From Minisyncoccota bacterium (lineage in GTDB: Bacteria; Patescibacteriota; Minisyncoccia; Phycocordibacterales; UBA1550), in contig JALNYL010000006.1 of the NCBI GenBank assembly GCA_023229865.1, positions 5,597 through 69,596 of the forward strand: DNA of 64,000 nt, written 5' to 3'. Each line of letters opens with the position of its first letter. Within the stretch, counting starts at the first letter, position 1. The position numbers were made by a program, and so were the translations under genes. Under the pieces are notes generated by a model. That model was given only the letters and a program-made list of their open reading frames with translations. It was not told the DNA's origin and made no database searches. Shown in pieces: positions 1 through 10,064 of this stretch.

Positions 1-2
1 AA

Positions 3-128
3 ATGCAAATCAATCGAGTAACCGAGACAATGTCCAGTTTTGTAGGCGAGCTACAAGCTATCGCTCAAAATGCGCTACCGCTACTGAATAATATCGAACA
101 ATTGGAATTGCCTAAAGATGAGCTCTGA
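3..128 (+). CDS. 3' end of a gene truncated by the window edge
   Basis: Open frame ...QINRVTETMSSFVGELQAIAQNALPLLNNIEQLELPKDEL ending in TGA at 126-128. Confidence 0.5.
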   Translation: MQINRVTETMSSFVGELQAIAQNALPLLNNIEQLELPKDEL

Positions 129-176
129 TTCAATTGTGAATAAATGCCGGGTAGTAGAAAGAAGTGGGGCGTAGAA

Positions 177-2345
177 ATGAAGACTCTGAAAGTTAGGTTG
201 GAAAATTGCTATGGGATTGCTAAATTAGACGAGGAGTTCAAGTTTGAAAAGTCTTATGCAACTTTGATTTACGCGCCCAACGGCGTAATGAAAACATCTT
301 TTGCAAAGACATTCTATGCGATATCAAAAGGCAAGCAACCTGAAGAAAAGATGTTCAACAAAACACCTAGTTTTGATATCAAAGCGGATGGTGTAGACAT
401 TCTTCAAGACGACATATTAGTCATCAATCCATTTGATAAGAACTTTGAATCAGTCAATATTTCAACTCTATTAGTAAACTTAGACAAGAAATTGCAATAC
501 GATGGTATTTTCAAAGATATCCTGAATGCAAAAAAGAAGCTTGTCATCGAACTTAACAAGATATCTAAAATACCAAAGGAAAGTATTGAATCGCAGCTAG
601 CAAAAGATTTAGGTTGTGATGATATTTTTTCTGCGATTAGAACACTTCAACAACTCGGCCTGGGCAATGAAGCTTATTTCTCGCTTCAGTATCAGACAGT
701 TTTTGATCCTAAAGTAGTCGAGTTGCTTGGTAATGAGGAGGTTAGGAATAACATTGCCGAATATGCTGAGAAATACAACTCACTATTTGAAGAATCGACT
801 GTTTTCAAGAGAGGGATATTCAATCCAGCAAAAGCGAGCTCTGTTTCTACAGAGCTTAAAAAGCAGATGTTTTTTGAAGCAAAGCACAAAGTAATTCTTG
901 ATGGCAAAGTCGATCCTATCGATGAACACAAGGTACTAGAACAATCCTTCGAAGCAGAAAAGGAGAAAATTCTTGGCAATGGCAGTTTGCAAGAAATATC
1001 AAAGAAAATCATTGGTGGCGTTGCGTCTATCAAGGCATTTCAAGATGTGCTTGAGAGTTGCCCGGAAATTGCGGCCGAACTTGCCAATGTAGACAATTTA
1101 AGAAAGATTGTTTGGTGCTCGTATTATGAAACCAACAAGGTTCTGTTTGATGACTTGCTGGCTATTTACGAGAAACACAAACAGCAGCTCATCGATATTG
1201 AAAATGCGGCAAATTTAGAATCCACCTTGTGGCACAAAGCACATAGAATTTTCAAAGAGAGATTCCAAGTTCCATTCTCAATGGAGATAGCAAATCACAC
1301 TAATGCCATTCTTGGTACAACCAAGCCGGTCGTCGTTTTTACTTTTAATAGTGAAGATGGAACGCCCATAAAGTTTAATAGAGGCGAGCTTGATTCACTC
1401 GACTTCTTATCTATGGGTGAGCGTAGGGCTATGTATCTTCTCTATGTGATTTTTGAATTGCTTGCTAAGCAAGCAAGCCAAAAGCAAGCGGTTATTATCA
1501 TCGACGACATCGCCGATTCATTCGATTACAAAAATAAGTACGCAATTATTGAATATCTTAAGGAGCTTGCGCATCAAGATTTATTCCGGCTAATTGTTCT
1601 AACGCACAATTTTGACTTCTATCGCACGTTTCAAGGCCGAGTTCTAGATAATGCACAATGGGAAAATTCATTTATCGCTCAGAAAACTGAAGGCAGTATC
1701 AAGCTGTTAAGGGGTGGGGACAAAGATGTTTCAAATCCATTTACATTGTGGAAAAAGAACTATCATAAAAATGGAGTAATGCTGATTTCCATGATTCCTT
1801 TTGTGAGAAATCTAATAGAGTACAGAGATGGGACAAAGTGTGATGAGTATAAGAGACTGACGTCGATGCTCCATATAAAGGATGACACATCAACTCTTAA
1901 GCTGTCAGATCTCGAGAGTCTAATTAGTGGCGTCGTAAAGGGCGAAGCACTAGATGCGACATTTGATCAAAATCTTTGTGTGCTTAATCATATATACAAT
2001 ACAGCTGACGAACTCTGCAATATCGCCAAAGAAGATGAGATATGTTTAGAAAACAAAATTGCACTTTCAATTGCCGCCAGATTGAAAGCTGAGGAATATA
2101 TGTGGTCAGTCATAAAGGACAAATCGTCAATTAGTGGATCACAAACTGGCAGGTTATATGATCGATGGATTAGTGAGAATGATCCGAACGACGTGAATTT
2201 TGTTGCGCTTAGAGGTACGCTAAGTCAGGTTATTTTAATGACCCCTGAAAATATCCATTTGAACTCATTTATGTATGAGCCGTTAATGGATATGTCTAGC
2301 CACCATTTAGTTAAGCTATATCAGGAATTGATACTATTGCACTGA
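177..2345 (+). CDS. ABC/AAA_13-type (RloC-like) ATPase, candidate defence protein
   Basis: Walker A APNGVMKTS, coiled-coil middle, signature LSMGE, Walker B IIIDD, H-loop LTHN. Start at ATG 177 (MKTLKV) preferred. Confidence 0.75.
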   Translation: MKTLKVRLENCYGIAKLDEEFKFEKSYATLIYAPNGVMKTSFAKTFYAISKGKQPEEKMFNKTPSFDIKADGVDILQDDILVINPFDKNFESVNISTLLVNLDKKLQYDGIFKDILNAKKKLVIELNKISKIPKESIESQLAKDLGCDDIFSAIRTLQQLGLGNEAYFSLQYQTVFDPKVVELLGNEEVRNNIAEYAEKYNSLFEESTVFKRGIFNPAKASSVSTELKKQMFFEAKHKVILDGKVDPIDEHKVLEQSFEAEKEKILGNGSLQEISKKIIGGVASIKAFQDVLESCPEIAAELANVDNLRKIVWCSYYETNKVLFDDLLAIYEKHKQQLIDIENAANLESTLWHKAHRIFKERFQVPFSMEIANHTNAILGTTKPVVVFTFNSEDGTPIKFNRGELDSLDFLSMGERRAMYLLYVIFELLAKQASQKQAVIIIDDIADSFDYKNKYAIIEYLKELAHQDLFRLIVLTHNFDFYRTFQGRVLDNAQWENSFIAQKTEGSIKLLRGGDKDVSNPFTLWKKNYHKNGVMLISMIPFVRNLIEYRDGTKCDEYKRLTSMLHIKDDTSTLKLSDLESLISGVVKGEALDATFDQNLCVLNHIYNTADELCNIAKEDEICLENKIALSIAARLKAEEYMWSVIKDKSSISGSQTGRLYDRWISENDPNDVNFVALRGTLSQVILMTPENIHLNSFMYEPLMDMSSHHLVKLYQELILLH

Positions 2346-2409
2346 ATTGCTACTGGGATTTTATTTCTTTATTCTGTGCCCCTACCTTCGCTTGACCAGA
2401 ACTACCCCG

Positions 2410-2578
2410 TTACCCCAACGACCTCTCCACAATCTCAAACACATCCCGCGACAGCCCCTTGTGGTTGCGCAGCATTTCAGGCGCGGCACGCGCATGTGCC
2501 TGGCGCGTGGCTTCAAGCCTGCGCCAGCGGTCAAAGCAGCGTGCCAGGCGCGCCGCGACTTGGGGGTTGATGCCGTCG
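2410..2578 (-). pseudogene. pepN: 3' fragment of aminopeptidase N (last ~55 codons)
   Basis: DGINPQVAARLARCFDRWRRLEATRQAHARAAPEMLRNHKGLSRDVFEIVERSLG* matches the PepN C-terminal pattern NPQVA.RL...RQ...AL....LS.D..E...AL. GC-rich patch between AT-richer genes. Confidence 0.8.
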
Positions 2579-2745
2579 GGGTGATATGGGGTCAGCATCG
2601 CAATAGTTTTGGGCAACGACCGGTTTGTATCGGTTGCAGACATCTAGCCAGTGTAGTTCGAATATCCGCTTCGGCCGAGCATCAGACACTATCTGTCTGA
2701 TAAAGATACCGTAGTTTGCACCTTGGTAAGGTCGAGCGAGTCCCC

Positions 2746-3117
2746 CTATTTGCTTGCCAGTAGCGCAACCAAAATGCCCAGCCCGATCAATAACGCGGCC
2801 TTTGCAGCATCGTTATCGTCGGTTGGTTTCTCATTAGGAACCTGAACGCCTTTTCTTGCGAGTTGCTTCGCTAGGTTATCTGCTTCGGACAGGATGCTTT
2901 CGGGAGAATCCCCGAGTGCGTGAGCCAACGAGCGAAGATGTGAGACCGTCAAGGCGGTTTGGCCGGACTCAATGCGCGAGTATGCTGATTGGGTTAACCC
3001 AAGCGCTAGGGCTATCTCCCCCTGACTCTTCTTGCGAAGATCGCGGCGCTTTTGAATAACTTGCCCAATAAGCGCGTTATAGGGAAGAACAGCGGTTGGC
3101 ATTTTAGGGGTTGACAT
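2746..3117 (-). CDS. XRE-family HTH regulator with hydrophobic C-terminal tail
   Basis: KSQGEIALALGLTQSAYSRIESG HTH motif. Confidence 0.85.
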   Translation of the reverse strand: MSTPKMPTAVLPYNALIGQVIQKRRDLRKKSQGEIALALGLTQSAYSRIESGQTALTVSHLRSLAHALGDSPESILSEADNLAKQLARKGVQVPNEKPTDDNDAAKAALLIGLGILVALLASK

Positions 3118-3162
3118 AATTTACATGTATGCGTATCTTGCATATTCGTCAATTACGAATAT

Positions 3163-3573
3163 ATGCTTATGATACCCAATAACTCCTCTGCCATCAATCC
3201 AATCTCACACCGTGCAGGTACGGTTCTATCTACAAGCCGCTTCCTGTACAGACACCTTGGAATCCTTACTGGTCGTTTCATTAATGGTTTCCCGACCGTC
3301 ATTTCAAACTCCGGGGATGGCGGCATGGTCATAGAAGAATCCCTGTCGCAATTCCAAGGAACAGGAGACCTTCAAGTGGTCGGCTATCTTGGCACACTAC
3401 CTCAAGACGTGGTACTCGCAAGAGCGCAGGCAAAACTCGGAAGCAAATATTCCCTGTTAACTTGGAACTGTGAGCATTTTGTGCGACATGCACACGGCCT
3501 CAAACAAGAAAGCCCGCAGGTGGTTGCGGCGGTGTCATTGTTTGCGCTACTGTTGGTCGTTTCTCGCCTTTAA
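3163..3573 (+). CDS. LRAT-like (permuted NlpC/P60) protein
   Basis: YRHLGI ... YSLLTWNCEHFV catalytic motifs and a C-terminal TM helix. Confidence 0.85.
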   Translation: MLMIPNNSSAINPISHRAGTVLSTSRFLYRHLGILTGRFINGFPTVISNSGDGGMVIEESLSQFQGTGDLQVVGYLGTLPQDVVLARAQAKLGSKYSLLTWNCEHFVRHAHGLKQESPQVVAAVSLFALLLVVSRL

Positions 3574-3623
3574 GTAAGCTCACAGTTCTGGCTGGAACTA
3601 TCTGAGCGCAGACGGAGGACTCA

Positions 3624-5444
3624 ATGAACGCACAAAAAAGTGTTTCAAAGGATTCTAAACGTGTCGGTATCTGGATTCGCGTCTCCACAGAAGACCAGGT
3701 GAGAGGGGAGAGCCCCGAGACGCACGAACGCCGTGCGCGCCTCTACGCAGAAGCCAAAGGCTGGGATGTGGTCGAGGTGTACCGCCTTGACGCTCTCTCG
3801 GGCAAGACCGTCAAGGAATACCCTGAAACAAAGCGCATGCTTGCCGACATCGCCAGCGAACACATCACCGGACTCATCTTCTCCAAGCTAGCCCGACTCG
3901 CTCGAAATACCAAAGAGCTTCTCGATTTCGCTGAGATATTCCGCGACTGCAATGCAGACCTCATTTCACTTGCAGAGTCGATAGATACCTCGACCCCCGC
4001 AGGACGTCTCTTCTACACCATGATCGCAGCTATGGCCCAGTGGGAGCGCGAGGAGATAGCGTCCCGTGTTGCTGCATCAGTCCCCATCCGCGCCAAGATG
4101 GGCAAGCCCTTGGGTGGTCAATCTCCGTTTGGGTATCAATGGAAGGAAGGCAAGCTCATTCCCGATGACGCCGAAGCACCCGTCCGCAAACTCATGTATG
4201 AGCTCTTCCGCGAGAATGAAAGAAAGAAGACCGTAGCGCGACTACTCAACGAACGCGGATATCGCACGCGGAACGGTTCTCTGTTCACCGATACGACCAT
4301 CACCCGTCTCCTTCGTGATCCCACCGCTAAAGGTGTCCGCCGTGCGAACTACACCGTCTCCAAAGACAGCAAGAAATCATGGGGCCTAAAACCTGAAAAT
4401 GAATGGGTGCTTCATGAGGTAGAAGCGATCATTTCCGAAGACCTCTGGAATGAGGTCAATGCAATTCTTGATGCTCAACAAAAAAAGGGAAAGCGTGTTG
4501 CGCGTCAGGTCATCCACCTGTTTGCAGGACTCACGTATTGTGGCTGCGGGCAAAAAATGTATGTGCCATCGAACACTCCAAAGTACGTTTGCTACGACTG
4601 CCGCAACAAGATTCCTGTCGTTGATCTAGAGGGAGTATTTCACGAGCAGATCAAAAACTTTTTCTTCTCTTCGGAGGAAATTGCCGAACATCTATGCAAG
4701 GCAAACGCAACTATTCACGAGAAAGAAGAACTGCTCCAGGTTCTTCTCAACGAACAGAAGAAGCTCACTGCCGAGGTGGACAAGTTGTACGACCTCTACC
4801 AAGGGGGAGCGATTGATAAGGCGGGATTCGGGGCGAAATACTACCCGCTTGCAGAACGAGGGCGTCAGCTTGATGATGAAGTTCCTCAGGCGCAGGCAGA
4901 GCTCGATGTACTGAAAATCTCGCAGCTTTCTCAGGAAGAGATCATCACCGGCGCACGCGATCTTTACTCTCGCTGGCCGGAACTCCCCCAGGAAGAGAAA
5001 CGTCGCATCGTAGAGGCCATCACCGACCGAATCGTCATCCATCCCGACGAAGTAGAGATCAACCTCTTCTATGCGCCGGGAACCTCTACACCATCAGCGG
5101 GAACCCCGTTCACCCCAGAATCCTCAGGGGGCTCATCTACACCCCCTGTAACCCCGTCTTTAAATGGTGGCAGGAAGGCAACGGAACTTCATAGACGCGT
5201 TGCCTTTTTACCATACGTCCGCGTGTGCCTCAAATCCCTGAGAAAGAAGGATTTTGACTTTGAGCCGCGTACCCTGGGCGAGCAAATCAAGCGGCGGCGT
5301 CTGGAACTCTGCCTGTCACAAAAGGAGGTAGGGGAGATGCTGGGTGTAAGCTCGTTTACTGTGCTGAATTGGGAAAAGGGGAAGACAATGCCAAACGAGG
5401 AGGCCATGCCGCGCATTGCATCCTTTTTAAGTGGTGGTGCATAA
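3624..5444 (+). CDS. Large serine recombinase (resolvase + recombinase + Zn ribbon) fused to a C-terminal XRE HTH
   Basis: IRVST catalytic Ser, [13 protein letters not shown]...CYDC Zn ribbon, coiled coil, then [33 protein letters not shown] upstream. Confidence 0.95.
   Translation: MNAQKSVSKDSKRVGIWIRVSTEDQVRGESPETHERRARLYAEAKGWDVVEVYRLDALSGKTVKEYPETKRMLADIASEHITGLIFSKLARLARNTKELLDFAEIFRDCNADLISLAESIDTSTPAGRLFYTMIAAMAQWEREEIASRVAASVPIRAKMGKPLGGQSPFGYQWKEGKLIPDDAEAPVRKLMYELFRENERKKTVARLLNERGYRTRNGSLFTDTTITRLLRDPTAKGVRRANYTVSKDSKKSWGLKPENEWVLHEVEAIISEDLWNEVNAILDAQQKKGKRVARQVIHLFAGLTYCGCGQKMYVPSNTPKYVCYDCRNKIPVVDLEGVFHEQIKNFFFSSEEIAEHLCKANATIHEKEELLQVLLNEQKKLTAEVDKLYDLYQGGAIDKAGFGAKYYPLAERGRQLDDEVPQAQAELDVLKISQLSQEEIITGARDLYSRWPELPQEEKRRIVEAITDRIVIHPDEVEINLFYAPGTSTPSAGTPFTPESSGGSSTPPVTPSLNGGRKATELHRRVAFLPYVRVCLKSLRKKDFDFEPRTLGEQIKRRRLELCLSQKEVGEMLGVSSFTVLNWEKGKTMPNEEAMPRIASFLSGGA
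5164..5214. other. Putative intact attP site of the serine recombinase
   Basis: Inverted repeat AAGGCAACG (5175-5183)/CGTTGCCTT (5198-5206), symmetric around CA at 5190-5191, with outer ATGGT/ACCAT. Lies at the recombinase-HTH junction. Confidence 0.7.
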
Positions 5445-5469
5445 AGCACTACCGCTTGCAGAACCTGCA

Positions 5470-5775
5470 CTAGAACTCCGGCAAATTGTCGAGATTGTCA
5501 GCGGCCTTCCCGTTATCAACAGTTTTTAAGTACTCCACGCCGTTTACTTTGATGATGTATATGGACTGCCCTTTGATCCACTTCCCCTCACTGCTTTTGG
5601 TGATAGTGACGAAGGTCGTTCCCTTTTTGATAGCGGCGACGATATCTGCGCGCGCGTAGTCGGTTGAAGCACCTATCGTCTCCCCGTTATCTGGGTGAAC
5701 CCTGAGTTTGTCTATGTGCGTATGCGCACTGTTGAACCTAACTGCTGATACACAATAATCTGCCCACTTAGCCAT
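5470..5775 (-). CDS. DUF3892-like protein
   Basis: YLKTVDNGKAADNLDNLPEF C-terminal signature. Confidence 0.75.
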   Translation of the reverse strand: MAKWADYCVSAVRFNSAHTHIDKLRVHPDNGETIGASTDYARADIVAAIKKGTTFVTITKSSEGKWIKGQSIYIIKVNGVEYLKTVDNGKAADNLDNLPEF

Positions 5776-5838
5776 TCCCACTCTCCCTTTGGAAAAATAT
5801 CAGCGATAGCGATTCAATTTTGATTCGGATTAAATATT

Positions 5839-7008
5839 TCATCTTCCAATGGTCGTAACTACTCCTACAGAAGGCGGGAAGTCACTACCTGATTGCTGTT
5901 TGGAAATAAGTAAAGAAACGAGCGAGAGAGTATGCATCGATCTGTTGGGGCAAGGCTCACTAGTCCCTGTTTTCAATCGAGGGATTACATACGATTCACC
6001 TTCGTAATTAATCTCCACATATGGTTTGCCGTAGGTCTCAGAATCAGATTTCTTGGAACGCGCAAAGAATAATGTTTCGTCCTTGCAGTTTTCGTTTCCA
6101 ATAGCTAGCACTTTGTTTTCTTCTGCAGCACGCAGAATTTCACCGAGATAATAAATTACTCCTTCGGGCGATCGTAAAATAATTCTCGTTGATTTCTCGG
6201 GAATGGATGTGCCTATGGAATTATCAACAACCTCCATCAACTTTGCGACTCCATCCTCATTGGCGCACGACAGAACATATTTGCCTTTACGTTTTGAAGC
6301 AAGCTGCCATTTCCCATTACCAACCTCTTTTAAAAGCATCCCAGCCTTTTGGATTTCAATAAGACTGTTCAGTTGGTCTGGATTAGCAGTACGCATTTCA
6401 ATCTGGGGTCCAATATTGTCTTCGCCGCCCCCCGACTCACTCAATTTGCATTCATGACCACCAATTATCTCTTTTACCTTCTTTTGGAAATCTGAAAATT
6501 GATTAGAGTTTGGATAATTCAGATATGAAGTTGTCTTGCCGTTCGCATTGATTTCTTCAATTTTTGAAACAATGAGGTAAAGGAGCATTTCTTTCGGCCA
6601 CCCTTGCTCCCAAAAGTAAGCAAGGGTTTCCGGCTTGATGGGCGCCAACATTCCTTGGATGAAATCCTTCGAAGTTAGCGGTGCAACTGTATAGACTGGT
6701 GACAGCGAGAAATTTGCTTTAGGTGTGAGTGAATATGCGCCGTTATATCCATTGCCAACCTTTCCGAAAGGCAGTACTAGGTCTCCTGACATTCCATAAG
6801 TTTGGGTCTCTTTCATGTCACTGAGGGTCGTGAAATACATAGGATACCGTTTGCTTGCGCGTACAATATTCAGCAAGAGCATTTCGTTCTGAGCTTTTTC
6901 AAGGGTCTGGTTGTACTCAGTAGCCCCTAAAGCAACCTGCTCTTTGGGGAGCGTTGCACAACCTGTAAGTGCAACGATACTAAGGGACAGCATTGATAGT
7001 TTTATCAT
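5839..7008 (-). CDS. Hypothetical lipoprotein
   Basis: Lipobox LTGC after a hydrophobic signal; long ORF. Confidence 0.7.
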   Translation of the reverse strand: MIKLSMLSLSIVALTGCATLPKEQVALGATEYNQTLEKAQNEMLLLNIVRASKRYPMYFTTLSDMKETQTYGMSGDLVLPFGKVGNGYNGAYSLTPKANFSLSPVYTVAPLTSKDFIQGMLAPIKPETLAYFWEQGWPKEMLLYLIVSKIEEINANGKTTSYLNYPNSNQFSDFQKKVKEIIGGHECKLSESGGGEDNIGPQIEMRTANPDQLNSLIEIQKAGMLLKEVGNGKWQLASKRKGKYVLSCANEDGVAKLMEVVDNSIGTSIPEKSTRIILRSPEGVIYYLGEILRAAEENKVLAIGNENCKDETLFFARSKKSDSETYGKPYVEINYEGESYVIPRLKTGTSEPCPNRSMHTLSLVSLLISKQQSGSDFPPSVGVVTTIGR

Positions 7009-7016
7009 TTCAATCC

Positions 7017-8075
7017 TCACTCCCTTCTAATAGGCTTATCTACACATGTTGGTCTTGGGGCTCCTGCGAAATTTGAATTCAACTTGGTACTAAGCTCCCA
7101 GCTGTCATCGGAAGTACGACTGCTCTCGACCTGGTTTTCAATGTCATCGGGAAGTTCAGAAAGGAAATCGATTTCCGTACGCCGTTCAATTTCATCAACA
7201 GTCGTGACAAGCTTTGAAAGCTCTGTGCCTGGCTTTGTTTGTTGTGTAAATATGACTGCAAGTACATTGGGTTTCCCGTCGGTCTCTTTTACGATGATCT
7301 TGTAAAACGCGACGGGCAACTCGACACCAGAACAAAGACGGTTGAGCCACACAGGATCAAAGATGGGGCCAGCAGTTACCCATATATTACCGACTTGTTC
7401 CGCGTATGAAGCCTCAAGCATTTCCAGCCCTAGCCACGACTTTTGGTTAAGTGAGGGAAGTTGTGGGGTGATGTTCGACATGAAGTAGGTCTCATTCTGC
7501 GAATCACATCCATGCCGTGAGCCTATGTTATCGCTTGGAGCCATGTGCCCACGGTCGTATCCCGAGCTGTTGTAGCTATCATGAGTGGTGCGAATGAGGG
7601 TGCGATCATCAGTGAGGAATCGAGATAGCCGAGGGCAATCATGCCCTTGATCTGTACCAATCTGATATGCAGACCATAGAGGGTTCGCCTTTGTTTCTGA
7701 ATACCCGACAGCGTACGCCGCGTTTTTGATGTGCGATATTTGATCGCTCACTTTGGAATCATTGGGGAGGCCACCAAAGAACACACTCCGCTCAACCCCA
7801 GGGGGATCGCCGCTGAACAAGCGAACTCGTGATTTGTATACCCACCCAGTCCCCGAACCATTGAGGAGCCGAATCTTATGGTAGCCATTTTGCAGTTTGT
7901 CACTTACGGTAAGCAGATAGATTTGCTGACTGAGCTTCTCCGGATGGACTGACTCAAGGATTGTTGCATTGCGGTCGGGGGATGCGTAGATGTTAGCGCT
8001 ACGCTTGACCTCAACATAGTTTGCCCAGGCGCAGGCTGGGAATATACACATCAGGATAAGCAGTGCCCGTCGCAT
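7017..8075 (-). CDS. Secreted DNA/RNA non-specific endonuclease (NucA/EndA family) with SH3-like N-terminus
   Basis: Signal peptide; YDRGHMAP and SNITPQ...LNQKSW..LE motifs. Confidence 0.9.
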   Translation of the reverse strand: MRRALLILMCIFPACAWANYVEVKRSANIYASPDRNATILESVHPEKLSQQIYLLTVSDKLQNGYHKIRLLNGSGTGWVYKSRVRLFSGDPPGVERSVFFGGLPNDSKVSDQISHIKNAAYAVGYSETKANPLWSAYQIGTDQGHDCPRLSRFLTDDRTLIRTTHDSYNSSGYDRGHMAPSDNIGSRHGCDSQNETYFMSNITPQLPSLNQKSWLGLEMLEASYAEQVGNIWVTAGPIFDPVWLNRLCSGVELPVAFYKIIVKETDGKPNVLAVIFTQQTKPGTELSKLVTTVDEIERRTEIDFLSELPDDIENQVESSRTSDDSWELSTKLNSNFAGAPRPTCVDKPIRRE

Positions 8076-8130
8076 AACCACTCCTTCTATCTATGCTCGA
8101 TATACAAAGTTGAGTGATGCCGTGCCTGAC

Positions 8131-8550
8131 CTAAATTGTTTTTTCTAAATCCAGTTTCATCTTTGCGCTTTTAATCTCTCGTTCAGCCTTTGAGAAATCT
8201 TCATGTTCTTGCTGAGCCGAACTTTTCCAGTTCAGGAAATCCCGGAATAGCTTGATTGATCCTTTGCTTCCACCAGACACAACCCCTGCTGTAATGAGGT
8301 AACCCACGAGTGTGTTTTTCTCCTGGCTGAAGATCACCGCCATGGCATCGAATTGGTACAGGTACACAATTACAAGAGATGTGATGATGACAATGGGCTC
8401 CTTGAAGCCCTTGTTCTTCATTTTATCCAAAACCAAACGTGACTCGAATATTGGGGACAGGGCGCGTTCGACGAAGAGCGAGAGCAAAACGATTGTCCCG
8501 AGTACCTCTAAGACAACATCTCCCTTGATTCCAAAAAGTAGCGGGTCCAT
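8131..8550 (-). CDS. Small membrane protein
   Basis: Three hydrophobic segments; co-oriented with the nuclease gene. Confidence 0.65.
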   Translation of the reverse strand: MDPLLFGIKGDVVLEVLGTIVLLSLFVERALSPIFESRLVLDKMKNKGFKEPIVIITSLVIVYLYQFDAMAVIFSQEKNTLVGYLITAGVVSGGSKGSIKLFRDFLNWKSSAQQEHEDFSKAEREIKSAKMKLDLEKTI

Positions 8551-8652
8551 TCAGTATCTCCCTGTCGTGTTTTAGATTCTTCACTTTACTACAGCGTTTT
8601 AGAGCCCGTAAACAAGCCCCTCAATATACTGTCAATGTAATGTGTTCCCGAA

Positions 8653-10029
8653 TTAGCGCCCATCTGATGAATTAATTAATGCAGCCTCGGCATCTGAAAT
8701 CAGAATCGCGCGGCCAATCTTGCCCACATATTTTTCTATGTTGAATCGCACAGCATCACAGGGAGTCAGCGACTGATCCATGAAAATTCTAGGGTGAGCA
8801 CATCCCCCCATACAAAGAGGCAAAACATTGCAACTCTTGCATCGCTCATTTTCAAACGGAGAATAATCTGCCCATTGCTTATCGATATTGGAAGCAGACG
8901 AGGGCAATGGTTTATAACCCTCTGAAATATGCCCTGACTGCTCAGTAACAGCCCCTACGCTATGCCAGCAGCGACTGATTGACCCATCTGGCCCGATGAC
9001 AATCATCCTGTGCGCAGAGGCTGAACATGCTGCGGATTTAGGAGTTAACTTCCGCGCCAACATTTGCATGCCGTTATCGCTTACTGATAGTGCAAGATTT
9101 TCAAGTGTCGCGTATTCGCTCCGCCCCAGGCTGCATCCATGACCACAAGGGCCATCAGAAGGATTCCGCTTGCCGTCTGAGTTGGTTGCATACCCAGCAT
9201 CTCCCTCGTAATCATAGACGTGGGACAACACAACGGTTGGCACAGAGTTGGCGCGAAGATCATCCAAAATATTTTCAACTTCGTGCGCATTCTTGTTCGT
9301 TACATTAATCCGCACTTGAATATCCAGGTGATCTTTGGATTCCAGAAGATTCTTGTATATCCTGGAAGGCTCACCGGTGCTTGTTCGCATCCCCCGCAAC
9401 CCAGTTTGCTCTTGAAGGGAGTCAAAGCATATCTGAACATTTCTCATGCCAAGCTTGTCCAGTTCCTTCGCGGTGTCTTGGTCGAGCAGTGCTCCATTGG
9501 TGACCATAGTAACGTCGAGTTTACCGCGAGCACTTCTGACAACCTTGCGGATATCCTCAGTCAATTTGATTATTTGCGCCTTACGCAATAATGGCTCTCC
9601 GCCAAACCAGGTAACCAAGAAGCGCCGCCAGCCAAACTGGATGCACGATTCAATGTACTGCAACAATTGCTCCTCCACCTCTGGGCGCATTATGGCACTC
9701 GTGCGATACGACGCTTGAAAGCAATATTCACACGAATAATTGCAGGCGAGTGTGGGAACAAGGGTCAGGTGGAGCGTGTCTCCTCCGCGCGAAGCAAGAA
9801 AGGTTTTCTTGATGAGCTCGATTTCGTCGTCTTTGTGAAGGAATCCCATGCGGCGCAATTGTCGCGGATCGATAGCCTTTTTTAGATCACCATCCCCACG
9901 AAGAATTTCTGCATTTTCTGACGAGAGAAGAGCGAAGGTTCCTGTGCGTGCGTTATATCCAATAACACCCTCATCTCGCTCAATGAAATAATTGTAGCGC
10001 GAACGAACATAGTCGAATCGCTTAGACAT
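8653..10029 (-). CDS. Radical SAM/SPASM peptide maturase
   Basis: CNYSCEYC (CxxxCxxC), GGEPLL, SPASM C...GPDGSISRC...CKSCNVLPLCMGGC...C; N-terminal RRE-like segment. Confidence 0.9.
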   Translation of the reverse strand: MSKRFDYVRSRYNYFIERDEGVIGYNARTGTFALLSSENAEILRGDGDLKKAIDPRQLRRMGFLHKDDEIELIKKTFLASRGGDTLHLTLVPTLACNYSCEYCFQASYRTSAIMRPEVEEQLLQYIESCIQFGWRRFLVTWFGGEPLLRKAQIIKLTEDIRKVVRSARGKLDVTMVTNGALLDQDTAKELDKLGMRNVQICFDSLQEQTGLRGMRTSTGEPSRIYKNLLESKDHLDIQVRINVTNKNAHEVENILDDLRANSVPTVVLSHVYDYEGDAGYATNSDGKRNPSDGPCGHGCSLGRSEYATLENLALSVSDNGMQMLARKLTPKSAACSASAHRMIVIGPDGSISRCWHSVGAVTEQSGHISEGYKPLPSSASNIDKQWADYSPFENERCKSCNVLPLCMGGCAHPRIFMDQSLTPCDAVRFNIEKYVGKIGRAILISDAEAALINSSDGR

Positions 10030-10064
10030 GGATCGCCCCCGCTACCGTATTACTGACTTGCTGA

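Noticed and set aside
2347-2700. Plus-strand ORFs over the GC-rich patch
   Set aside because: Shadow frames of the minus-strand pepN fragment.
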